In this document: positions 13,325-24,795 of the stretch, piece by piece | Layout of the letters: each line of letters begins with the position of its first letter | Position numbering within the stretch: position 1 is the first letter of the stretch | DNA from: Anolis carolinensis | Taxonomy: Eukaryota | Direction of reading: 5' to 3' | Assembly: GCF_035594765.1 (NCBI RefSeq) | Contig: NC_085844.1 | Location: 72,927,923-72,991,922, forward strand | DNA length: 64,000 nt | The notes under the pieces: generated by a model | What the model saw: the letters and a program-made list of their open reading frames with translations, nothing else | What the model was told of the DNA's origin: nothing | The model's database searches: none | Program-made: the position numbers and the translations under genes

Positions 13325-13801
13325 CAAGCAGTCCCCAAGTTACAAACAAGATAGGTTATGTTGATTTGTTCTTAAGCTGAATTTGTATGTAAGTCAAAAC
13401 AGGTACATTTTAAAGTAACTCCATCCACAGGGTATATATATATATTTGGATATATATATATATATATATATAAGTTTTGAATAGCATAGGGAAGGGTTAA
13501 TACCCCTGTGTTGTTGTTTTTTTTTTGGTTGTTTGTTTGGGGTTTTTTTTTTTTTTGCTGTCTGAGCTCCTGTTCAGAGGATTTAACCTCACGTGATAAT
13601 TGAATTTTGAAAATTTTGGCTTGTAGTGGAAACAAGGATTGGTGATAAAGCTTCAGTGGAGATCCCCTTTCCCCATGATCACTCTTTCAGGAGTGAATTT
13701 CCCTTCCAAGGGGTAGATTTCTCTCACTCCCTGTTGTCTCACCACTGTTCTTAACTATTGGTCATTTGTAAGTGAGATGTTTGTAACTTGAGGACTGCCT
13801 G
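13325..13801 (-). mobile_element. Tigger-like MITE
   Basis: TA|CAAGCAGTCCCCAAGTTACAAACA...TGTTTGTAACTTGAGGACTGCCTG|TA. Confidence 0.88.
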
Positions 13802-15169
13802 TAATCTGTTACAATACATTTTTCTAGTTCCCTAACTAATTTCAGTAAATTCTATTATTACTTGAGCATTTAGTCTTTGGATAGCAAGCCCTATTTGTTT
13901 CTAATCTAATACTTGACTAAAAGGGAATTATTCCAAAGAGTATGAAATAAACAGGCCATTATATACTGTGCCTTTTACCACATTAATCAATTGTCTTGTT
14001 GGGATGCTGCCTTTTTCAAATCTTAATTTCACTAAAATGCAAATTGTGTAATTATTATGCATTAGTTTTCTTCCACTGCATGTTACCCGTACTCACCAAT
14101 TGAATTCAGCTTGCTGGCACATGCATGGATATTTTTGGTATCCTTCCCCCTTATTAAAAAGACAAAAAAGTGCATTAATAATCCGTAGAGTATTTGCTTT
14201 TGAGAGTGTTAATGTCAACTATTTTCATGCAGACAAATAATTTCATCTCCATTGCACGAAACCAACACTTTCTCTATTTACACTGAGCTTTTTCTAAAGG
14301 TCATTAAGTATACATTTAGTCATTGATTACTATAGTTAAAAGCACAATGTGTATTTCAGAGGTTTCGGCAGAATCTGATGCCTACAAAGATCAGTCATGA
14401 TTTGCGAACACCTGTTGGCGTAGCATAGTCCAGATGCATTATTAGTGTTGGGATATTTTTTTTCTTAAACTTTCCCTCAGGAAATGGAGTAGTTTGAAAG
14501 CATTTTGTAATTGCACAGTGGGAATCCTATTCTGGCTTTAGTATGAATACCAATTACAGAGCTATTAATTGATGCTAACTGAGATTTTAAATTAATTAGT
14601 GTTGAGAGAGGAAATATTGTTACCCTGCTGAGATTAATTTATATGAGAATTTAAACATTCTAGAAGAAAATAATCATGTTTCATTGTAAATATAAACACA
14701 GTGTTACTCCAGCATAGCTTTTACCATTTTAGATATGCTTGTAAATCAGTAGCAACTGCTAAACCAATTTGAATTTCCTTGTATTGAAATCCCCATAATA
14801 TGTTGGTTTGTCTGGAGCTTACATTTGATTGTACTCTGTTTGTGTTGCACCCACCTGCAGACATTTAGTAACACTCTTTATTTTGATAATAGAAATGGAA
14901 ATGTATTTAAAATAAAATCAATTACAGTATTAACATTTCCACACACTCCCCTCAGGAGAGTAGCTAGGAATAATGGTAGAATAAAGTGGCAAGTATATTA
15001 TGCTGATTTTATAGTACAATAAATCCAGAGGAATTTTTTGTATCACTTTGATTATATGCACATTGTTCGCTGTTATAACTGAAATCACTCTGAGAGAAAT
15101 GAAAGATATACTTTCCTTTCTTTCTGTAGTTAATTGATATACATTATTAGATTATACGGGGGTACACTG

Positions 15170-15410
15170 AAACTAAAGGCCTACCTAGTCTGCCATTGTG
15201 GCCAAAGAGTTGCCTGCTGTGAACCTCAGAAACAGGACACAATTGTGTTAGCCTCTACTCATTAATGCTGCATAGAACCTAGCAAACAGAGGCATAGAGC
15301 CTCTGATACTGGAGGTAATATATAGCCATCATAAGTGATAGCTATTGATAGCTTAAACCTATTCATATATCGAATCCCCTTTTTAAATTGTCCAAGTTGG
15401 TGGTCACCAC
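15170..15410 (-). mobile_element. Old CR1-like 3' fragment
   Basis: Resembles the reverse complement of the CR1-type 3' region at 60790-61000; highly diverged. Confidence 0.45.
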
Positions 15411-15534
15411 TATATTAATTATACACTGTGCTTTCTTATCCCCAGCTTTGTCTTTGTAATACAGAGTTAATATAAGCTTCTTGTACTAATATAATATATG
15501 TTCTGTAATTTAAACTCTCTGAACTAAGTAAAGA

Positions 15535-15752
15535 GAGCCAACATTGAATAGTGGTTTGAATGTTGGACTATGATTCTGGAGACCCAGGTTTGAATCCCTA
15601 TTCAGTCATGGAAACCTACTGGATGAGTTTAAGCAAGTCATACTCTTCCATTGAGAAAGGCAGAGGTAAGCCCACTCTGCAAATCTTACCAAGAAAACCC
15701 CACAATTTTGGTTATGGTTGCCATAAGTCAGTAAGAAGTTGAAGGCACACAC
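15535..15752 (+). mobile_element. tRNA-derived SINE (Anolis SINE2-like)
   Basis: Head TAGTGGTTTGAATGTTGGACT..GGTTTGAATCCC; tail CCATAAGTCAG..TTGAAGGCACAC. Confidence 0.8.
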
Positions 15753-15980
15753 CAACCAGTTTCTGTGCTCTTAGATTGTGGATGGATTCTAAAGCAAATA
15801 TTTACATTACTGTTACTACTTTGTTGGAATACATTGCTCAATTCATGTGGAAAAAATACTCCTCATCAAAGCTGGAAAGTTAAGAAATAACTTACATTAA
15901 ACATTGGCTAACATGTTAGGATATTCTGGATCTATTTTGAAAGTATTTTCTGATTCCCCCCATTTTTCTTTCACTTTTAG

Positions 15981-16094
15981 GTTTTATATGAACAATTCAA
16001 GTTTTTCTTGAATCTTTATTTTCTCGTTGTCTCCTGCTCACAGTTTGTACCGGCTCTGAAAATAGGCTACCTCTACACCTACTGGGCTCCTCTG
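15981..16094 (+). CDS. ATP9B: ATP9B coding exon (~exon 4, 114 nt, phase 0-0), TM1
   Basis: cttttag| [38 protein letters not shown] |gtaaac. These residues match ATP9B rather than ATP9A. Confidence 0.97.
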
Positions 16095-16245
16095 GTAAAC
16101 TTGCTATAAAACTGCTTTCTTTTCTTTTCTTTTGAAATAGTGTAAACTAGAAGGCTTTGGCAATAAAACTTCCTGATACTTAAATATTAAGCAGAGTACT
16201 CTCTTTCCCTTACTTTGTAGTTAGCGATATGTCTACACTGAGCTA

Positions 16246-16543
16246 CACTATGTAACATGATTCTTGCTCCTGGGTTATAAATGTCATTTCCTAATTGGTT
16301 CTATCTAAACATGGGGAAAATGTATTAAATTTCAAAAACTTTGTTTTTGTGAGATATCCTGCAGCACATTTTGCTATAGTTTTTGATGAATATTTCTTAC
16401 AGTCTCAACCAATTCAACATAGTTAGTAGCAGCCACAAAAAAGAAGTTTTTGGAGTATAACTACTTTCAAAGTGCTACACAATTAAACAAGAAATAACAC
16501 TTTCAAACCAGGAACAGAATTTTTTCAAATTTTGTTACATTGT
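16246..16543. mobile_element. Non-autonomous DNA transposon (TA target, Tc1/mariner-like)
   Basis: Ends CACTATGTAACA..TTGCTCCTGG / CCAGGAACAGAA..TGTTACATTG. Confidence 0.65.
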
Positions 16544-17130
16544 TACATCAATGACCTTGCATTTGAAAAATAATAAAACTCTTTTGTTTTCTGAAACATT
16601 TGTATCTAGAAGGAGCAGCTACTGTATGAGAGATGCTGCAATTAAATATTTTTGGAATTATTTCCTTGTTTAAAAAGTATAATTTTCCTGTATATTATCA
16701 TTTACTCTGCTAATTTTCAAATATCACAGCTACTTCAGCCTGCCATTCCTTATCAGCTATAGTAACTTTTAAAAATTGGAAGGTTCTGTTGTCCCACATT
16801 TTTCACCTGAACCATCACATTGCCATAGAAAGGATCATTGTAATGGAAGAATATTAGGAAAGACCCTGCTTGCAGAATTACAGAACCTATTGCTTCTCTC
16901 ACCCTGATGCAGCCCATCTAGTTAAGTTGCCCCTCTCCCCCACCCAGTGCCTGTTTTTTCCATAGCTCAGAAGGGTGGGGTGGGAGGAGATAAAACATGC
17001 TGTGTTATACTGGTATCTGATTTGTAATACAAAACTGGATTTAGCTCATTCTATATTTTCTTACAATGGGATTATCTAAAATAGTTTTATTGTATCTTTT
17101 GGAAGTATTGCTCAGAATTATTGGTTAATA

Positions 17131-17753
17131 CCATATTTCCCCAAAAATAAGACACTGTCTTTTATTTATTTTTCCTCAAGAAGACATACTATGGCTTATT
17201 TTCAGGGGATGTTTTATTTCCACATCCATGGCCAGAACTCAAGTGCTCAGACGATGTGATGGCCAGATGCCTCACAGTGTCCAGAGGGGGCTGTTGCTCC
17301 TACGAGGGAGGGAACGCTGTGACGCCCAAGGCAAGTGACAGCAAGAGAGGTGGCCCAGTGAGTAGCTCTCCAGCATCCTCCTCCAGCAGCACGAGTGCTA
17401 GGGAGGAGCCCTGCAGCTGTGCTGTGGGTGGGGTGGGGGTCCAAGCAGGTCTTGCCCCCTTCGCCTTCTTGCAGTGCTTCCCCTTACCAGGGCTTGCCAC
17501 TGCTCCTGCTCCTTCCATTTGGGAGACTTTGTAGTGCCTTGTGCCCTTCCCTTGCTTGGGCAGGAAGAACGGTGTGCTGATGTGAGCTGGTAAGTCAGTC
17601 ATAGCTATGGCAGCGGGAAGGGGCAGCTGCCTTCTTTACTGCCCCGCGCCGGTATGATAGCCATACCTATCACTATGGCTTATATTGCGCAAATGCTTAG
17701 AAATCCTGCTATGGCTTATTTTATAGGTATGTCTTATTTTCGGGGAAACATGG
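17131..17753. mobile_element. Tc2/pogo-like MITE with GC-rich interior
   Basis: TA|CCATATTTCCCCAAAAATAAGAC...GTCTTATTTTCGGGGAAACATGG|TA. Confidence 0.85.
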
Positions 17754-17936
17754 TACCTCAATTTTTGATCAGCTTTTCTGCAGTAACCGTGACATTAGAA
17801 AAGGGGAAGAAAAACACCCACTCAGGTCTTCCAAAAATTGATTGCAAGCATATTTTTCTCATCAATTGTTAAGTCCTCTATGTATTTTAATAGAAATATT
17901 TTCCATTTTGGGAAATGTCTGTTATATTTTAAACAG

Positions 17937-18045
17937 GGATTTGTTTTGGCTGTCACAGTGCTGCGAGAGGCAGTTGATGAATTTCGGCGTTACCAGCGAG
18001 ACAAGGAAGTGAACTCCCAATTATATAGCAAGCTTACGATACGAG
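17937..18045 (+). CDS. ATP9B: ATP9B coding exon (~exon 5, 109 nt, phase 0-1), TM2
   Basis: aaacag| [36 protein letters not shown](G) |gttggc. Confidence 0.96.
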
Positions 18046-19019
18046 GTTGGCATATATATATATATATAGTTATATAAATCCTGTACATCATTCATACTTT
18101 CTAGTCCATTCTAATTTCAAACTATCCAAAAATTGTGATCCAGAAAGGAAAATCACACCCCTCATCTTGTATATTATTGATTACCTAGTGCCTGAAAAAA
18201 AATCTTGTATTAGTAATTCTATTTTTAAAAAACCCAAAACAAAATAATATGGAATATCAGATCTCTGGAAAGTTACAATGCATGTTTGATTACATCCAAC
18301 TAGAAGTTATCAGAAGTTGGATAGGCCTGAAAGATGTCAGTAAGAGAAAGAAGCATGTAGTAAATAGACATCTGGGTGGGTTTGGGGGGAACGACAAAGC
18401 TATGGATTTGCTTTGAACCATGGATAAATTGTTGGTCATTCCACAAAGAGGGAAATGCTAGCAACGCCTTTGGGGGCCAGCTCCCCTGGCAGCTGCAATT
18501 TTCTTGCACAGGAATTCAAAAAGACCTTTTGCCACTCTGTTCAGAAAAGGGATCACTCCTTTTTTTGATGAAAGTTTAGGAAAATGAAGTGTAGTTTAAA
18601 ACAAAAACCATTTACTCATTAAAAACCTGGCAAAGTTGATGGAAAAGATAAAAAGAAATTGTTTAGTTCTTAAAACATGGTGGCTCTAGAGTACGATATA
18701 CAGATCTGATTTGGCTATGTGATAACATATATGTGGCTGGACCCAGTGGTATGCTTCTGCTAATTCTGAGCTAATTCTGACAGTACAACCAGTAGTTCTC
18801 TATTCCCTTATCATTTTCAAAATCTTTTCAAACAATCTGCATACATCCTTGAAGCAGATTTTTGGTAAAGTGGAGGGCTTTATGGCAAGAGCAGAATAGA
18901 GGAAATTCCATTGCGGTAGTGAATTTTGAATAGTACAGTGATAGATGTAATATCAAATGTATACTCTTAATTGAAACTGTTTGTAAATTTCTTTAAAATG
19001 TTTGTTTTAATACTTGTTT

Positions 19020-19590
19020 TGTTGGAGATAGCAATCTACTCAAGCTTCCTCTAGCCAATGTTTTGTCCGTTTATAATGTGTTGTTTATTCCCTGAAGTGT
19101 ATGTTTTCTTTGGTTTACAGTTTTCTTAACTCTATGTACGTGAGGCAGTGGGAGGGGCTGCAGACCATGTGACTGGTTCAGTAACTGTTTAGAATGCAAT
19201 TTAAAAGGATTACAGTTGAGGCATGAGTCTGTTTGAGTACAGATGCCAGTGTTCGAAGTTAGAAGTCAGTTGAGGCTTGAGTTCCTTGGAAATAGACTGT
19301 TATAAAAGAGAGCTATACAGAAAAATATAGTTTTAAAGAGACTGTTAAAGACTACAAATTAAAGATACAAACTGAAATGTTTTAAAGCTTAACCTGAAAA
19401 GAAATGTACCAGTATAAATACATGAAGTTGTGAGTAAAATAAACATGTTATTTTAAAGAAGTCTACTTGAATCTTTGTCTGCTGAGAGCATTGAACAGAA
19501 ACAAGATATTTACACACCCTGTGATTTTCCATTGCTCAATAAACTAAAGGAAAAAGCCTGAAACTCCGCTACCCAACAGGTTATGATCCT
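19020..19590 (+). mobile_element. Copia-type LTR (559 bp) with PBS remnant
   Basis: TGTTGG...CCAACA termini (19020-19578), TATAAAA near 19301, AATAAA near 19438 and 19538, followed directly by GGTTATG. Confidence 0.7.
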
Positions 19591-19819
19591 AACAGATCAT
19601 AATCCAATGTTTCACCACTTATTTTCTGTGTGATGCAAAACCTTTGGACAAGATCCAATATAAATCTTTTTTCCCTTTTAGCAGTGTCTTATTTTTTGCT
19701 GCACTAGTATGCAAATATTGTAATTCAGCAATAACGGCAAAGCTTTTTACGATGGGATAGACTACACTGAAATTAAAGTCTTTAGGACTACTGGATGTCA
19801 TAGTTAGCTGCAGGCGCAG

Positions 19820-19944
19820 CCCCCTTCTACACTTCCATATAAAATCCAGATTATTTTCTTGGAACTGGATTATATGGCAATGTAGACAGATATAATCCAG
19901 TTCAAAGAAGATAATCTGGATTTTATCTGGCAGTGCGGAAGGGG
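19820..19944. mobile_element. Palindromic (Harbinger-like) MITE
   Basis: Whole element folds back: CCCCTTCTACACT..ATCCAGATTAT / ATAATCTGGAT..CAGTGCGGAAGGGG. Confidence 0.8.
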
Positions 19945-20414
19945 TCTCATTTAGGCATGTTGTTTTTTCTGTATATTGGCAATTTCCACTCCTGATCAGT
20001 TTCCATGTTCCCCCTTTCTAAAGAAATAGCTCAAAGCTAAAAGTGTCTCCTGGGAGAAAGGAGCCACTTTTCTGAATGTCCTTGTGACTTCTAAAATATC
20101 TCTTTGATATCCCTTGGAAATGATGGAGACTATAAATTAGAACAAGGAATGTGTTTGCCATTACTAATGTAACTAGATCAGCACTCCCACACTCCCATTT
20201 AGTAGGGGAGAATATGTTGGAAATACACATTAGAATGAGTAGCCAAATGGCATTGCATTATTTTCATTACTTCTAGTTTTTTGTTCCAACTAATTGTATG
20301 TAATTGTGCATGGCAAATATTACTTTGGATAGAGTATTGCTTTGTAGCTTTGGCAAGCCATGAGCAGTTATTTTACCATAACAAGGAAGGACATATCAGC
20401 CTTGTGATCTAGCA

Positions 20415-20514
20415 GTGTGTGTGTGTGTGTGTGTGTATGCTGTTCCTAAAGAAAAAGATTGAAAGAACAATTGCAGCAAACAAGTAAAAAAGCTTGGAAG
20501 ATTATTATTGTTGC

Positions 20515-20552
<38 letters not shown>

Positions 20553-20630
20553 TTTTTATACCCGACCTTTCTCCCCATGAGGACTCAATGTGACCAACAG
20601 CCACACAATCTAATGACAGTTTAAAACAAA

Positions 20631-20676
<46 letters not shown>
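20415..20676. repeat. Microsatellite cluster (GT)n, (TTA)n, (TA)n with a minus-strand L2 tail remnant at ~20550-20605
   Basis: Visible directly. Confidence 0.8.
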
Positions 20677-20678
<2 letters not shown>

Positions 20679-21137
20679 TGTGTATGGATATAAAGTTGAA
20701 ATACAATAAAAATACAATAAATACAATTAAAATTGCATTTAAAACCATTTATCCCCAATTCCTGCCAACATAAAAATATATTTATGATCCTTGTAACATA
20801 TATGGCAGAATGAGGCTGCAATGATTCTGTGTTCATTTCTGCTAATGGAAGCATACAAGGCACTTGGTTCTGGAGCAGTTCTTAATCTGAAACAGAGACA
20901 CAGGAATCTGTTTTTTTAACATTCTCTGAAATGTAATGTCAAAGTGTCCCTTGCATCTTGTGAACAGGATTAGCTTATTATGATTTGAGATCTTGGATGA
21001 CTTTTTATGTTATGGCATAGCCCAGTGATGCAGTCATAAAATTTAACAGACATTAACATTACATAAGTTTTGTGCCTTAGTGCAACTTACTTTTTCTTTA
21101 TGTCAGTTCAGATCCTCAATAAACAAAAACTCTAGGC

Positions 21138-21280
21138 CAGGGTTCCCCAAACTAAGGCCCAAGGACCGGATGCGGCCCTCCAAGGTCATTTACCTGGCCC
21201 CCGCCCTCAATTTTATAATATAATATTTTTATATCCATTTTAATAATATAATATATTGTATATATATATGTATGTATGTA

Positions 21281-21311
<31 letters not shown>

Positions 21312-21883
21312 TAATAATCTTATGTTATACAATATAATACTAATAGTTATACCATATAATAATATTAATTATATGTTATATATTACATATTATATAATAG
21401 CATAGTGGTATAGTTCAATATAGTAATATATAATGCTAATATTGTGTTATGCTAATAATATAATATATTGTATGTACATACAGCTGCTCTGAGTCCCGTT
21501 CGGGGTGAGAAGGGTGGGATATAAATGTAATAAATAAATGCAGTAAATAAATAATTAATTTTAGACTTCGGCTCGGCCAAAGTCTGACATGACTTGAAGG
21601 CACACAACAACAACAACAATCCTAATTAACTTGACTATCTCATTGGCCAGAAGCAGGCCCACACTTTCCATTGAAATCTTAATAGGTTTATGTTGGTTAA
21701 AATTGTTTTCATTTTTAAATATTGTATTGTTCTTTTGTTGTTGTTGTTGTTGCACTACAAATAAGACATGGGCAGTATGCATAGGAATTTGTTTGTATTT
21801 TTTTTTTCAAATGATAATTCGGCCCCTCAACAGTCTGAAGGATTGTGGACCGGCCCTCTGCTTAAAAAGTTTGGGGACCCCTG
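21138..21883. mobile_element. hAT (Charlie-like) non-autonomous element
   Basis: TIRs CAGGGTTCCCCAAACT / AGTTTGGGGACCCCTG; 8-bp TSD CTCTAGGC/CTCTAGAC. Confidence 0.92.
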
Positions 21884-23089
21884 CTCTAGACTTTCTATGT
21901 TCTTTTCTTCTGTCTTTTCTGTTGCTTGGTTATAACTCCTAAAATGGTATAACTTTTTACATTAGCTACCTTGAGCACTTGGGTGAGAGCTAGGAAGAGA
22001 GGCTACAAATCTTAAAATAAAATTACAGTGAAAATTGTGCAAGCTAAATATTTATTTGAATTATTTATATTCAATCTTCTAGATGATACAAAAAGTGCAT
22101 AAACATTGTTCTCATGGTTTTGCTTACCTTCGTTATGGAGACCTCATGTTTTAATGCATGGCTTCTGTTTATTTTAAAGTCACTGCAATCTTCTGGAGCC
22201 ATTCAAGTGTAATGAATTATGATAGATACTTAATTGTGTTCTAGTTCCACACACAGCTTTAGGCAAAGGCTCATGCCTTGGTGGACTATAAAGCTTGGAT
22301 ATGCAGCCACTTCTGACAGCTTTGGACTTTTTTATTGGCAATAACACAGATGGTGAAGAGTGTTTTAAGCTAGTGAGATGGGTTTAGAAGAAAAAATGGT
22401 TTGCAAAAATAATTTATGCAGCGAGTAGCATTTGATGTTTTTCTCAAATTTTCTTTGTAAAGTTGTAACATTACATCCTTTGTATGGTATGGTTTAGTTG
22501 TATGGTTGCAACTAAAGCCAAAAGACTTGAAGTTACAGTTTTGCTGTTGTATAGTTTATTTTACCAAATCTCACTTGCAAGTGAATGGATGTAGTCCAAA
22601 GTTAGTGATAAGAAGTTAGCAATACGTAGAAGCATTTTCAGACCAAGCAGCCTCTTGACACTACTATGGAGACTGAACTGTGGGACAGTTTGGAGTAAAC
22701 AGCATCTTGTGCCTCTTCCTTCTCTCACACTGGACTGTTTCCCAGGGGAGAAAAGGACCTTTTGCTCTATTAGTTGCTGCCAGCACAACTCCTATAAGTG
22801 ATTTTGTGAATTTGGATTTTTTTTTTGCCCTAACCTGCATTTTTTGCCCTTTACACCAGCTTGACCAAATCTCATTTGCTGTTTATTGCCATTCTCTCAC
22901 TTTGGAGAAATACTTGTGGCATCATCAATTTTGATTCTCACCATTCTAATTAATTTAGTGTTATGAGTAAATTTAGCCCTCTCACTACTGAATCCTAAAT
23001 ATAGTCATTCATATATCATATTTGCAGTGTTTGTCTGAGACCCAACTGTTTTTAGTACATAAAAAATGGATATGGACTAAATTTAGTGT

Positions 23090-23315
23090 TAATACCACAA
23101 TACCAGATCCGAAATGATCTTGGCTGCTATGCAGAGTCAGTCCTGGTAATTTTTTGGATGGGAGACTGCCAATGAATGCCACGTATTGTAAGCAATATTG
23201 CAGATGAAAAAACTGACAAAACCATCTATAAGTATTCTTCACCTAAGAAAAGTTTACCTAAGTTGACAGAAAACATATAGGTGCATGCTCAGATGTACAG
23301 ACATGCACACACACA
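23090..23315 (+). mobile_element. 5S rRNA-derived SINE (5S-Sauria-like), degenerate
   Basis: CCAGATCC..GATCTTGG..GCTATGCAG..CCTGGTAATT..TGGATGGGAGACTGCC resembles the 5S A/C boxes; a SINE-like body follows. Confidence 0.7.
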
Positions 23316-23818
23316 TTTAGTGTTAGTGTTACCTATTGTAGAGCCCTTGAAATGAATAAAACTTCTTAAATATAAAAAGCTTTAGTTAATTGATTTCACT
23401 GTTCTATTCTAAGTAGAACTAAAATTTGATTTAGCCTACATGCTGTGTAATTAAGAGTAGGTTGCTGAGACTTAAATGGCATAAAAGATTTGTTATAAAG
23501 AAAAGTCTCTGGTAATGACAGTTCATGTGCTATTGAAGACAATTAGAATCTATGGGCTGCAGGCTTCATCCTCCAAGTTAGGAGTTCGGAGGAGTTTGAA
23601 AAGATCTAAAATCAAACAAGATTCATCATGCTCATCATGAGTGATAAACTGCAATAATTTTGTGTTAAACTATGCTTCAGAAAATACAAATACTGGTGGC
23701 TGGGTTCAGGGTGCACATGCTAACTACATATCTTCATTTTGAAAAGAAATATTTAGTGAATCCTAAAGAATACTGTAAGTTCCAAAACAATGAACTTTGG
23801 AAACACCCAAAGCATTCA

Positions 23819-24043
23819 GAATGCTGTGGCGCAAGCTGGAAAGCAAGCCAGCTGCAACAAATCACTCTGACCAAGAGGTCATGAGTTCAAGGCCAGCCCG
23901 TGCCTGCGTCTTGTCTCTGTCTCTGTTCTATGTTATGGCATTGAATGTTTGCCTTTATGTGTGCAATGTGATCCACCCTGAGTCCCCTTCGGGATGAGAA
24001 GGGTGGAATATAAATGCTGTAAATAAATAAATAAATAATAAAT
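23819..24043 (+). mobile_element. SINE with tRNA/Sauria-like head and L2-derived tail
   Basis: GCTGTGGCGCAAGCTGG (A box), GAGTTCAAGGCC (B box), tail CCCTGAGTCCCCTTCGGGATGAGAAGGGTGGAATATAAAT..(AAAT)n. Confidence 0.75.
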
Positions 24044-24736
24044 ATCTGAGGTAAAAATATAGCCAAAAACCAGGCAGAACACCAGTAAATCCAATATATG
24101 TGTGAGATGAGGATACTAGGAAGGATGTGTTCTAGGTGTGAAATTATATACTGTCCTGGGATAAAGTAAGGGAAGAAACAATTCACTGTATTAGTAATTT
24201 TAAGTTATACTTCTGTTTAGGTAATAAGGAAGTGTCATTGACCAAGACAATAATGTCTACCAGTTAATGCATGTCAGATTTCACATAAATTTTAAATGAA
24301 ATGTCTTAACTGAAGTGGACTAACAACAATTTGTAGAACATAAATCAGAAAGGAGAGTGTGAATGTGTTCTCTGCTCTTGCCTGAACAAGCATTAGTTAA
24401 ATTTACAAGTATATGGAATGAAAATTTCATATAGAGATCTTGGATAAATCACAATCAGTTCAGAATTGTAATGTAGATTTGCTAGTGGCTTTAGTTTTCT
24501 TGGAAAAATCACTTGGTTTGTTTCTTGTCAATTTGTGATAATTAAAATTAATCTTTAACACTGAATGCTTACTGTCAGAACCTATAGTTACTTACTAGTA
24601 TGAAAGTACATTTTGAAAACTTATTTCCATAATAAACATTTTCCAAGACTCTATGGGGCAAAACAATGTTAGATATTTGATAATTTCTTCGTAATTGCTT
24701 ATGTTGATTAATTTCCTTCTTTTTCTTTCTCCGAAG

Positions 24737-24795
24737 GTAAAGTTCAAGTTAAAAGCTCAGACATTCAAGTTGGAGACCTCATCATAGTGGAAAAG
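24737..24795 (+). CDS. ATP9B: ATP9B coding exon (~exon 6, 59 nt, phase 1-0)
   Basis: ttctccgaag| (G)KVQVKSSDIQVGDLIIVEK |gttgtt. Confidence 0.95.

Noticed and set aside
15981-16094. ATP9A assignment
   Set aside because: [30 protein letters not shown] matches ATP9B; ATP9A differs here (VLFNQFKYFFNLYFL..PEMRLGALYTYWVPL).
17838-18077. 79-aa ORF as a standalone gene
   Set aside because: It is the ATP9B exon 17937-18045 plus intronic read-through.
23090-23200. Functional 5S rRNA gene
   Set aside because: Heavily diverged and fused to a SINE body.
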